Positions 1 through 12,230 of a stretch of 64,000 bases of DNA are shown here, piece after piece. A model generated the notes under the pieces. That model had not been told where the DNA came from. It saw only the letters and a program-made list of their open reading frames with translations, and made no database searches. The DNA lies in NCBI GenBank assembly GCA_016618085.1, contig JABLTG010000001.1, positions 310,001-374,000 on the forward strand. The letters run 5' to 3'. The translations under genes and the position numbers were made by a program. The DNA is from Neovahlkampfia damariscottae. Its lineage: Eukaryota. The first letter of the stretch is position 1, and each line of letters begins with the position of its first letter.

Positions 1-2593
1 TTTGAAAAATATTAAATAATTTATGAACTTTACCATATCTAATTCAAATAATTCATCCAATAAATGAATAACAGAAAAACAATGATAAGAAATACCAAAA
101 TGATCATTTTCAATAATATTCATAAAAAATTCATAAATGTACAAACGAATTGGATTTAATGAACGAAATGCAATCTTAAAGAATTAATTAAATAATAATA
201 AATACTTTTGATAAACCTTCAATACAACAAATTCTAATAAAAGTAGAAGAATATAAAGATGATTTCATCATTCTTAAAATGATTGATTTCATTGATAAAT
301 TTTGAATATCAAAAGTATCTAAATTATTCAAATTATCTTGATTTGCTAAAATTGATTTATCCATTATTTCTTTTTTAATATTAATATCTAAATTAAAAGT
401 TGATAATTCATTGGTTAATTTATTTGAATATTCACCTAAAAAAGAGAAAATACAATGAATAATATTTAAAGATGAATTTAAATATTGATTTAATGATTTA
501 TCTAAATTTGATGATGATTGAATAATTGAATTAGATAATGAAAAATCTAAAATATTAAATAACATTTTTAAAAAGTATTCAATAATTTGAGGTGAATTCT
601 TAAATTCAATAAATAATTTCATTAAATAATGAGTATCTAATTTTTGAGGATAAAGAATTGAAATATCTTTAATTAAATCGATTAATTCTTCAACATATTC
701 TAATTTAATTTTAACACAATCTAATAAAGATTTAAATAAAATAAAATAATCAAATGAATTCCAAATTAAATTTTGTTTAATTTCTAATTTTAATCTAATT
801 AAAGTATCTTTTAAATCATCAATAGTAGGTGACCATAATAAACATTTAAATGATTGAAATCTAATATATTTATCTTCATGAATTAATAATGATTTTAAAT
901 TTTTAATTAAATTATCAAATGATTCTTCTTCTTCTTCATTTAATTCTCTTTTTTCTTTTCTTAAATAAATTAAAAAATTTTTTAAAAAATATTGAATTGA
1001 TTTTAAAGTTGCATGTAAATTTAATTGATTATCTTTTTGATTTAAATGAAATGAAAATCTTTTTAAAACATCATTAAAATGATTTAAATTTGGTATTAAT
1101 TTTTTATCAAAGAATAAACTAAAATTATTTTTAGATATAATTTTGATAGTATCTAAAAATATAATAGTTTTTAAATCATGTATAAAATTTAATAAACATA
1201 TTAAATAATCATTATTATCAAAATTTAAAGATAAAAGTTTTAAAAAATAAACTTTTAAAGTTAAATTATCATTTAAAGTTATATTTGTATTATAATTCTT
1301 TTTTGAATCTTTTAATATTTCAATTGAATATTTAAAATTTGGTATTCCACTTTTCTTTTCTTCTAATTTAAATTTTGGTAATATTTCAGTTTTTAAATTT
1401 TTAAATTTTAATTTAAATAATAAAATAATTGATTCTTTTGATATTTCTTCATTTTTATGTCTTGATAATAATAATAAATAATTTTCAATTATTTCTTCTT
1501 TTTCAATTTCATTTTCAAATATAATATTTTTTATTGAATTTAAACAACTTTTTAATAATAATAAATCATCTTCTTTTATTAAATTTGATGAAGATGTATT
1601 TGATTTAAATATTTGTTTTATAATTGATTTCTTTTCTTCTTTTTCAATTTCAACTAATTTTTTTAATATTTTTAAATTCATTTCTTTTAATATTTCATTT
1701 CCTTCTTTTTTATTTTTTTCTTTTTGTATTTTTGATAAACTATAAATAGTTTCAATTTTTATTAATGTATTTAATGATGTAGTTATTTCTTTTTTTAATA
1801 AAAATATAAATGTATCTAAATCACCATCTTCTATTTTTAGATAATTTAAAATAAAGAAATATAATAATCTAATAATTATTCTATCATCAATATTTAATGA
1901 AAATATATCTTGTATAATCTTCCATAATTGAATTTGATTATTTTGATCTTGTAAAAAAAAATTTGAAAGTTGAAAATAAGTTAATTCTTCTAATTTAGTT
2001 AATAATTTAACTGAACTCCATTTCTTTTTTTGTTGAACAGATATTTGTTCATTTTGTATTATTTGTTCAATATCATTTAATAATTGCTTTAATATTTTTT
2101 AAAAATGAATATATATTATTACTTTTAATTGTAAAGTTGCATAAGTATCACTAATACTTGAACTTAATATATCTTTCCATCTAGTTCCTCGAACACTTGA
2201 TTTTCGAAATAATAAGGATGGTTTCTTTCTACCCATTCCAGATGAATTAGAAGATGATCCAACAACATTTGGCATTGGTGATGCTAAATCTTTAACTTCA
2301 TGATCACTTCCACCAATAGGTGTAAAAGTAGGTATGGTTAGTGATTGTGCAGATAAATTTGATCCACTTGAAAGCGATATTTCTGTGTTTGATTCTTTTG
2401 GAATAATACTTGACAAGTTTTTCTTTTTCTTTTTTCCACTTGATTTTGAATTAGTTGGTAAACTACTTGATGATTTTTCTTCTTCTAATATAGGTGAATC
2501 AACTATTTCATGAACACTTGAAGTTTCACTATCTGGTATTTCAAGAGATGGAAGTGAAGGCACATCAAGTGAAGGAGGTAAATCTTCAGACAT
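1..2593 (-). CDS. TSET/TPLATE complex large subunit (TSAUCER/TASH3-like); 3' end runs off the window
   Basis: ORF 2099-2593 joins ORF 188-1681 through a short intron. After another intron the C-terminal part reads ...IFSFLGEYSN...ILRMMKSSLYSSTFIRICCIEGLSK|IAFRSLNPIRLYIYEFF, resembling plant TASH3 (LQRCAFSGSWEVRI..QALTTMAIRSGEPFRLQIYEFL). Confidence 0.7.
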
Positions 2594-2711
2594 TGCTCTT
2601 ATTGGTTAACTTTCTTTCAATCAAAACTTTTAAATTAAATTTAAATTATTGAAATTAATTTCAATTTTTAACTCTTCAAAATTGTCGAAGAATCTTTTGA
2701 CCAATCATTTA

Positions 2712-4281
2712 ATGACTTCGGAGTCATCATCAAACACGTCTTCCTCGGATCTTAACTTTGAAAAAAAATCTGGTTCTTTTGAAAGAGAAGGAATTTTAAG
2801 AAGTTACTCAAGTGTCAAAAGTCAACAAAATACTCGAATTAGAGACTTTGAAAATATGGTTTGTGGTACGTTAAAAGTTCAACAAAAATCTTTGTTTAAT
2901 AAATGGAAAACATATTATTTTGAACTCTATCAAAACATTCTTTACAAATTTTCAAAAGAAGGTATAAAACTAAAGAAAAGTCAATTTATTTTCAAAAGGT
3001 GATGAAAGACCAATTGATGGATGGAATTTAAGTGATTTTTCTGTGATTGATTTTGATTCAATAAGTGGAAAAAAGAATACATTTGGTATATTTTTTAAAG
3101 GAGAAGAACAAATAATATTGATGAGTAATTCAAAAGAAGAAAAAGATCGATGGAAAGAAAAAATAGAAAGTTTAGAAACTAAAAATAATAATATTACACA
3201 AAATAGTGTACTAGATAGTTTATTAGATGCTGCTATTTCAACTGATAAATATGGAATTGTACTTTCTTTGAATGAAAAAGCAATAAAATTATTTGGATAT
3301 CAAAAAGATGAGATTATTGGAAAGAATGTAAAAATTTTGATGAATTCAGGTGTAGCTAGTTTACATGATGGATTTATGAAAAAGTATTTAGGTAAATCTA
3401 TAAATATGAAATAATAATATTTTAAGCTACTGGTAAACAAAGTTTAATTGGTGTAGAAAGAAAAATGATTGTTAAACATAAAAATGGAACTAATTTTACA
3501 ATAATAATAAGTTTAGGTGAAATATCAATGAAAGGATCAAATATTAGATTTATAGCCACATTTAGAAGAAATGAAGAAGAAGAAGAAGAAAGAATTAATC
3601 AAGATGAAAAACATCAAATTATAATTGAATCTAATTTTAAAGACCCATTAATAACATTAAATTTAACTCAAGATAAATTAAATTTAAAATTGAATGAAAT
3701 GAAATCAAAGTTTAAAGATATATTAAATGAAAACTTTAATGAATTAAAATTACAAATAAATAATTTAAATCAACAAGAAGATATTATGTTAAGAGATATA
3801 AAATATTTAAATGAAAGAATTTTAATTGAAAAAGAAACAATAAATAATATTGAAGAAGAATTATCTTTTTATAGAAATGATGATGATCATGATGATATTA
3901 AAAAATTATTAAATAATGAAATTGGTTATGAAGCATTATTAGAATTCTCAAATGAAGATATTCAGAATTATATTAAATTTTATAAAGAAGCTGATCATTT
4001 TAAAATGATGGATTTCTCTTCAATGGATATTTTAAAAATTGAATCTCAAAAATTATTTGAAAAATATTTAGATTCAAATAAAATTAAAATATCAAATAAT
4101 TTATTTAATTTTATTAAAGATAATTTAACTACTCCAACTAAAAATTTATTCATTTCTGTTCAATCAGAAGTTTTAAATAAATTAAAAAATGTATTTAACA
4201 ATTATTATTTTTAACAAATAGGGTCCTTATCAAAAATTTGAAAATTCAGGTATTGGAAAAGCAATTTTGAAGACTTTATAA
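2712..4281 (+). CDS. PH domain + FixL-type PAS domain + coiled coil + RGS-like domain protein
   Basis: 4 exons (introns 2962-2998, 3392-3426, 4191-4221). PH: GTLKVQQKSLFNKWKTYYFEL...EEKDRWKEKI. PAS: LDSLLDAAISTDKYGIVLSLNEKAIKLFGYQKDEIIGKNVKILM...SLHDGFMKKYLATGKQSLIG. RGS-like: LLNNEIGYEALLEF...FEKYL...LFISVQSEV...YQKF. Confidence 0.85.
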
Positions 4282-4378
4282 ATATTTTGTACATTTTAAC
4301 AAAAACTCTTTTTTAAAACCTTCTATCATTTTCATTGGTCCAAACAAACCCAACCATTTCTAAAATCCAAACCAAACA

Positions 4379-5416
4379 ATGAATGATTTTTTAAAAAGTA
4401 TTGGAGTCTTTGAAAAGGATGATAATCATGATGTCATGTTAGTTTGGTCTTATCCAATTATTGAAAAAGAACTTGAAAATTCTGCATTGAATTATTTACC
4501 TCTAAAAAATGAAAAATTAAAAAGTGAAGAATTTCTTTTCACTAAAATATCAAATTATTGGAATTATTTTATCACTGAAGAAGATAAATTCACAATAATT
4601 TTAACTTCCAAAGAGTTTTATCCTGAAAAGTATGAACAACTTGGACAACTTTTTAAAGAGAGTTATAAAAATGATAAAAATGTTTTAAAATTATTAACTG
4701 GTTTCTTACAATTATTTGGATCTGGAAAGTATTCAAGTTTTAAAAATGATGATTTTGATTCAAGAAAAGCAAAAAGTAAGATAAAATTATTTTTATCAAA
4801 ATAATATTATGATTAGTTTCACCATTTAAAGATATTATTTCAATCTTTCAAGAACATTCATGTATCATTTGGAGTGCAATGTTATTAAAAAAAAGAATTG
4901 TTGTTTATTCTGAAAATGTAAAAGAATTAGAAAACTTTGTAAGATCATTACCTTGTTTTTGTTGGTCACGTCAAAATTGGTAACATTTTAATATTAAAAA
5001 ATAATTACTTTTTTAGGGATATTATTTATCCAATCATTGATTTTGAAAAAGAAATAGATTTTAATTTAAATAGTATTTATTGTGCTGGTACATTAAATAA
5101 TGTTGAAAATAATTCAAAATTATATGATTTATATTTAGATTTAGTTTCAGGAACATTAAAAATATCAGATAATTCTATTGAAGATTTAAAAGTAACAAAA
5201 TTACACAAAGATATTACTAAAGAAATGTTGAAATTACAAAATGATAATAATCAATTAATTAAAGGTGTAGCAGTAAAAACCAAAGAAATCATTTCAAAAC
5301 TTGATAAATTTATTGTTGATGATGAATTTTCAATTGAAAAATTAAATTCATTCAACTTGGACTCAAATTTAGAAAAGTTTTTAATTAATTTAGCATCATC
5401 TGAAAATTTAATTTAA
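4379..5416 (+). CDS. DENND10: DENN-domain protein FAM45/DENND10-like
   Basis: 3 exons; GVFEKDDNHDVMLVWSYP, FYPEKY and IIWSAMLLKKRIVVY...FVRSLPCFCWSRQNWDI match the FAM45A pattern. Confidence 0.85.
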
Positions 5417-5420
5417 TATT

Positions 5421-6717
5421 TTATTTTTTTTGAATTGCTCTTAAATTTGTAAATTTTCTAATCAAATAATCATTCATTCCTTTTTCTTCATTAATTAATG
5501 ATTTATTCATTTTAAAATATTGAACATTTTCTGAATCAAATGATAGACTATCATTCTTTTTTAAATAATTTAAAACATTAATATTTTTAATTTCATTCCT
5601 GTTCATGAATAATGGTATTGAAATATGAAATATTCTATTTTTAAAATCTATTTTAATTATTTTTCCAAATCCTATATGTTTAATATTTCTTAATTTTTTT
5701 AAACAAAATAATGGTAATGATGATGATTCATTTTTAAAATTATCTTTATATCCTAAATGTATTATTGAATTATTCAATAAATAAAGTGATTGATAAATTA
5801 AATCTTTATCTAAATTTATTGGTAAAGATATCAATACATTTTTAAAAGATATAGTTATAGTTTGTAAATCAGTTGAAAAATAATTCTTAAAATAATTTAA
5901 ATTAACTTTAAGTTTATCAAAAGTCAAATACTTATTTGAATTTAATAAACTTAATATTTCTTGTTTTAAAATTTCATCTTGTATTTTTGGTATTTGAATT
6001 ATTACTTTATTATTTAAATGATTAATTTCATTTAAAAATAGTTTAATACTTTCAAAATAAAAATATAATTCGTTTTTAAAATGATTACCAATAAATTGTA
6101 CTCTTGTATATTCTTTAAATTTATGATAATCGAAAAGTATTGGTTGATTTATTTTTGAATAAAATATAATTCCATTTAAAGTTGAATCAAAATTTAAATA
6201 TATAATCTCTTTTTCATTATTTAATATCTTATTAACTAATTTAAAATGAATATTTAGACTGAATATTCTTACTCAAATATGAAATTGTATAGAAATTCAC
6301 ATCTGATAATATTATTTTTTTGAAATCAATTCTCACTAAATCATTCATTTTTAATTTATATTCTTCAGATAAATAATCATTGGATTCATTAGATATCTTT
6401 TTATATTTTATAAACAAAATGCATTCAATACCCTTTAACTTTTCTTTAGATATTTTATTTTCAAATGATTTTTTTAAATTTTTTTTAGTTTTGAAGTTTA
6501 AAGTTTCAATTAAAATTGAATTATTGATATTAACTTTAGTTTTTTCTTGTTCTTTTAAATGATATCCATGCAGAAAACCTAAAAAGAAATATTATTAATA
6601 CTAACCAAGAATAAAATTACAACTACCAAAGATACACTCAACATTAATTTCTCCAGAAATATACATTTCATTATTTGGTTCCAAGAAAATAAATTCTTCT
6701 TTGTTCTTTTGAACCAT
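5421..6717 (-). CDS. NOL9/Grc3-like (Clp1-family) protein with degenerate P-loop
   Basis: 3 exons; C-terminal YLLNNSIIHLG...HIGFGKIIKIDFKNRIFHISIP resembles the NOL9 C-terminal domain. The Walker A region reads IIIISDVNFYTISYLINKIL. Confidence 0.6.
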
Positions 6718-6781
6718 TTATTTTTTGAATCTCAGATTATTATTAACCAATCATTTTGGTTAATAAATCAACCAAACAAAA

Positions 6782-9026
6782 ATGATTGAAGAGAGTTATT
6801 GGGATGAAATTGAAGAAGATTTAAAGATTATTGAAAAGTAAATCACCAACTTCACTTAGATTATTAATTTAAATAGAGATACAGATTGGATGAATTTATT
6901 AGAAAAAGGAGAAGAAAAAATAAGAGAATATTCAAACTCTGTTGAAAAAGATTTAAAAAAGATTGAAATTGATTCTATTGATGATTGTAAATATATTCAA
7001 ATCAAAAATTAACAACTAAAAATAGATTTAAGAGAAAGTGAAAGTATTACTAAATTACATGAAGAACTAAAATCGTGTGATGAAATATTAAATGAAATGG
7101 AAGATATGATGAATGGATTTGAAAAAGATTTAGGTGATATATCAGAAAATATAAAGATTCTTCAAAATAAATCATTTACCATTCATTTTCAATTAGAAAA
7201 TAGAATTGAAAGTGAAGAAATGTTAAATAATTCAATTAATCATTTATTCATTTCAAAAGAATTAATAAGGTAAATGAAATGATAATAATAATTTTAATTA
7301 GAAATTTAATAACATCAAATTTAACAGATGAGAAATATATTAATTATTTAAAAGAATTGAATGAAAAAACTAATTTTATATTAACTAATAATAATGAAGA
7401 AATGAAAAGAATATTAAAACAATTAATATTTGATTCATGTTTAAGAATTCGAAATTTCTTATTAAAGAAGATTAATCTTTTTAAAAATCAAAAAACAAAT
7501 TCACAAATATTAAAACAAAATCTTTTAAAGTATAAATATTTTAATTTCTTTTTAAAAAAGTATAATATTATATTTTATAAAGAAGTAATATTAGTTATTA
7601 TATCTCATTATATTTATAGATTAGTAATATTTATAAAAATATCATTTCAAAAATATATTTTATTCATTTTGATAATTATGTAAAATCATTAAAAGATTTA
7701 GAAATTAAAATATTAAATGATAATATATTTCAAAATCAAAATGATTCATTCTTTTCTTTTTTTAAAAGAAATAATCAATATGTATCCATTTCATTTGAAG
7801 AAAGAATTAAAATATTGAATAAATTTCAACCAATTATATCACATATATCAAGAGAAAAAAAAGAAAATTTTATATATGATTATTTATTTAAATCAATGTT
7901 CATTTTATTAATTGAAATATCATCATCTGAATATTTATTTTTAAATGAATTCTTTTATTTTAATGATGATAATTTAAAAGATGACATTATTAATTCATCA
8001 ATAAATAATAATACATCATCTTCTATTCATTTAGAAAAAGAAGAAACTGATAAAGATTTCTTTTTAAATATATTTTCAAAAATATTAAATGATATTTATT
8101 TTAAAGAAATTAAAGATAATTTAAAAGATAATGAAGATATCATTGGTTTATTTTTAATGATTTTAATTTTAAATCAATTAAATTTTATTTTAATTGAACA
8201 AAGAAATATTAAAATATTAAAAGATTTCTTTGAAAAAATAAAAAAGAATTTAGAATTACAATTTAAATGTTTAATTTTAAAGAATATTGAAATGATAAAT
8301 CAAAAAATTAAAGAAAATGATGATGAATTCTTTGAAAATGAATCCATTTCACATGATGTATCAAAAAGATATGGATATTTATCTTCTTCAATTCATAAAT
8401 TAATTAATTATTTAAAAAAAGAAAAAGAAAAAGATGAAATTTTAAAATTAATGAAAGATTTAAGAAATTCAATTGAACATTTATTTAATTCTTTATCAAA
8501 AAAATTTAAAAATTCAAAATTGAAATATATTTGGTTAATTAATTCATCAGATATTATTTTAAATTATTTCATTAAAAATAATTTACAAGTTGAAGATGGT
8601 GAAACATTTCATTTATTATTGAATGATTCTTTAAATTTTTTTATTGAAGAAGAATTATTACAATATTGTCATGAATTCATTTTGTTCACTCAAAAAGTTG
8701 AAAAGAAATTGAAAAATTCAGCTAAAAATTTAGATATTTTAAAACAAGATGTTTTGATTATTATCTTAAAAAACTTTAATAATAATTGGAAAATCTATTT
8801 AAAAAACATTTATAATGATATTTTGAAATATTTTAAGAATTTAAAATCTGGAACAATCATTTTAACAAAAGTTTATTCTCAACTTTTGTTATACTACAGT
8901 AGATTCATTTCAATCATTTATCAATTTTATTCAAACATTGTTCCAAATGATATCAAAAAATTAATAATACAAAATGATGTCTTTTTATTGGAGATTAAAA
9001 ACTATGCAAATGATATGAAATTTTAA
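6782..9026 (+). CDS. VPS52: GARP/EARP tethering subunit Vps52
   Basis: 5 exons; IREYSNSVEKDLKKIEIDSIDDYLRESESITKLHEELKSCDEILNEMEDMMNGFEKDLGDIS, HDVSKRYG, WLINSSDIIL and QLLLYYSRF are Vps52 hallmarks. Confidence 0.92.
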
Positions 9027-9356
9027 GGAATAAATGAAATTGAGAATCTTTTTATCTCCCAAATTCTTTAGTGGAATATGAACAAAATTAGTTCTTGAAT
9101 GATCCTTTTTCAAATTGCAGCTTTTTAAATCAAATCACTGATTTAAAAATTTGATTTCTTTTCGTTGCAAATTTGTAAGTCTGTTTTTCGAACTGTCAAA
9201 ACAAGTTTTTAAAATGAAAATTAACAAATTCTTTTTAGTTTGTGAATTGTTACAGAAAAAATTGTGATAGAACTTTTTGTAATATACAAAGCATCATCAT
9301 TTTTTGTCTGTTCTTTTTCAATCAAAAACAAAGAGTTATAAAGATGATTGGTTGAT

Positions 9357-9365
9357 TTTTGGCGC
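9357..9365 (+). promoter_or_regulatory. E2F-like site TTTTGGCGC
   Basis: Matches TTTSSCGS, 28 nt upstream of the coiled-coil gene ATG, next to a CCAAT motif. Confidence 0.55.
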
Positions 9366-9393
9366 TAAAACCTAAACTCAACAAACATCAACA

Positions 9394-11823
9394 ATGATCA
9401 ACGAAGAAGGTTACTCCAAAGAAAACATTGTTCCAAAATTGGATAATATGTGCACAACACCGCAACAGATGAAGAAATCCTCTAAATTGAAAAGTGACAG
9501 GAAATCAAAAATAATTTCAGTTTATAATGAAGATGAAAATGAAATAGAAAAACTTAAACAAAGATGCATTGATGCAGAAGAAAGAACTGAAGAATGGAAA
9601 AAGAAATATAAATCACAATCAGATAGCTATAGACAACATTTTGATAACTTTAAAACTCTTCGATTAGAAAATCAAAAATTGGTTCAAATCTTAGAAAACT
9701 TTGAAGAAACCAAAAAGAATCAAGTTGATGAAAAAGTATCATTGAAAAGAGAAATTGAAATATTTGAAAAGGAAAATGAAAAAGAAAAGAATCTAAATTT
9801 AGAGATGATTTCTAAATTAAAATTTGAAAATGAAGAACTAAAAAATGAATTAAATTTAACCAATCAAATTTTAGAAAACACTTTACAACAAGTTGATGAA
9901 AATGAAAAGATATTTGATTCCAAATTGAACGAAACATTTAAAAATATATTTTTATGGAAAGAAAAAGAAGAAATTTTCAAAAAAGAAGAAGAATTGAAAT
10001 TCAAAAAGTTACAAGAAACGTTTCAACAATTTGGTATTCAAAAAGAAAAAGAGATTTTAAATTTAAATTCAAATATCCAAAACTTAAATTCAAGAATACA
10101 ATATTTAGAAAATGAAAAAAAAGAAATGTTAAAAAGAAATAGTTTGAATGAAAAAGAAATTGAAAAAACATTCAAAAGTTTCAAAGATAAAGAAATCAAG
10201 TTGATGAAAAATGTAAACTTATATAAATATGAAATGAAAAATAAATTTGAAATTAAAACATTCACAAATAATATAATTTTAAATTTAACAAAAAAAGAAC
10301 AAGAAGAAAAAAGAAAAGATATTCAAAATTTAAAGATGAATTTAAAAAGAAAAGAAAATGAAATTAAGAAAATGGAGTTGGAAGTTATTGATTTCACTAA
10401 ATTATTAACAAAAAAAATATCATTTATGGAAAATAAACAAATTGAATTTTTAAAAAATGAAGAGAATTTGAAAGAAATTCATTCAAAATTCAACAACTTA
10501 AAAGAATATTCAAACTTGGAAATTAATATCTTAAAAGAAGAATTAAAAGAAAAAGAAGAAAATATTGAAAAATTAAATTTAAAATTTAAATCTTTAAATG
10601 AAGAATTTAAAGAAAAAGAAGAAATATTAATTCAAAATTTAACTGATAAAGATGAAATTAAAAAGTTAAAGAATGAATTTAATTTAAGTTTAATTAAAAA
10701 AGAAGAAGAATTAAATTTAAAAAAAGAAGAGTTAAACCAAACATTAAATGATTTAAAAAGAGAATTTAAAGAAGAATTAAATAAAAATGAAATTGAATTT
10801 AAAGATTTAAAATCAAAATTTGAAAGAAATTTAAATGAAAATAAATTAGAAATGAATCAAAAAAATGAAGAAATTAAAAATTATAAAAATGAAATGAATA
10901 ATTTAAATTTAAAATTAAAAGAATTAAACTATAAATTTAATCAACAATTACAAGAATTAAAAGAAAAAGATGATACTTTAAATAAAACAAAAGATAATTT
11001 AAAACAATTTTTTGAATTTAATCAAATTAAATCATCACAAAATTTAAATGAAGATATTAATTTTATTTTAAATAATTTTATTTCTTTAAAAGAACAACAA
11101 ATTAAATTATTAAAAGTAATGGAAAATATGCAAAAAAGAATATCAGACTTGGAAATAAATGAAGAAAATATAGTATGTTTAGAATCAAAATTAAAAGAAA
11201 TAAAAAATATAAATGAAACTTTAAATTTAAATTTAAATAAAATATCAAATCAAAATGAACAAGTATTAAAAGAAAAAGAAGAAATTGATCATTTATATTC
11301 AGATTCAATTAAAAAATTAAAAGAATTTCAAAAAGAAATATTATTCTTTTTAAATAAAAAACAAGAAGAAATAAAAGTATCAAATGATGAATCATTAATT
11401 GAACAAAAAGAAAGATTAATTTATGAAAATAATTTAGAAATTATGACACTTCAAAAAGAAAAAAGAGAATTAGAATTAAGATTTGAAATTATTATTTTAG
11501 AAAAGTATAAACATTTTAATTCATTAGATTTAATAAATGAAAATGAAAAATTAAAATTAAAATTAAATCAAATTGAATCAAGATTAAATGTCTCTTTAAA
11601 TGAAAAATTAAAATATGAAAAAGAATTATTAAGTTTAAAAAAGAGAATTAAAGATTATCAAAATGAAGTTAATCAAAAATGGAATAATTTAAAATTACAA
11701 TATCAAGAATCAGAAATACAAATTGAATGGATGAGTCATGTTCTATTTAAATCTCAAAAAATAATTGAAAAATATTCAAATAATGATAAATCATGTAAAG
11801 ATATTTTAGATTTATTAAAATAA
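9394..11823 (+). CDS. Intronless 809-aa long coiled-coil protein, function unknown
   Basis: Single long ORF with an E/K/L/N heptad pattern; CCAAT and E2F-like sites lie just upstream. Confidence 0.8.
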   Translation: MINEEGYSKENIVPKLDNMCTTPQQMKKSSKLKSDRKSKIISVYNEDENEIEKLKQRCIDAEERTEEWKKKYKSQSDSYRQHFDNFKTLRLENQKLVQILENFEETKKNQVDEKVSLKREIEIFEKENEKEKNLNLEMISKLKFENEELKNELNLTNQILENTLQQVDENEKIFDSKLNETFKNIFLWKEKEEIFKKEEELKFKKLQETFQQFGIQKEKEILNLNSNIQNLNSRIQYLENEKKEMLKRNSLNEKEIEKTFKSFKDKEIKLMKNVNLYKYEMKNKFEIKTFTNNIILNLTKKEQEEKRKDIQNLKMNLKRKENEIKKMELEVIDFTKLLTKKISFMENKQIEFLKNEENLKEIHSKFNNLKEYSNLEINILKEELKEKEENIEKLNLKFKSLNEEFKEKEEILIQNLTDKDEIKKLKNEFNLSLIKKEEELNLKKEELNQTLNDLKREFKEELNKNEIEFKDLKSKFERNLNENKLEMNQKNEEIKNYKNEMNNLNLKLKELNYKFNQQLQELKEKDDTLNKTKDNLKQFFEFNQIKSSQNLNEDINFILNNFISLKEQQIKLLKVMENMQKRISDLEINEENIVCLESKLKEIKNINETLNLNLNKISNQNEQVLKEKEEIDHLYSDSIKKLKEFQKEILFFLNKKQEEIKVSNDESLIEQKERLIYENNLEIMTLQKEKRELELRFEIIILEKYKHFNSLDLINENEKLKLKLNQIESRLNVSLNEKLKYEKELLSLKKRIKDYQNEVNQKWNNLKLQYQESEIQIEWMSHVLFKSQKIIEKYSNNDKSCKDILDLLK

Positions 11824-12230
11824 AATATTAAATTTTTTGCAACCAAAAAAAATCATTTCAAATTGGAAGAAAAATTGACCAATCAACTGTTTAACCGAAC
11901 TTGTTTGCAAAAAAAAAGACACAAATGGATTTAGTTTTTAAAGTTATGGAGTATTTTGCTCTCTTCATTGGTACCCTTCTTGAACTTTTTGTCAGTAAAA
12001 TTACCAACTATAACACAACACAAACAGCTGCTGATCTTGTTAAAAAAAGCGAATAAAAAATTTATTTTGAATCTTTTTAAGAATTCTCACTCTTGTCACT
12101 ACTTGTCATGCCAACCAAATGAAAATAAACAAAGGGGCAAATAAATAAAACTTGAAGAAAAAAAAAAAAAATAAAAAATACTGACATATTTTTTGTCCAA
12201 TTAACTTGAAGCAAACCAAAACGTTAAGGA

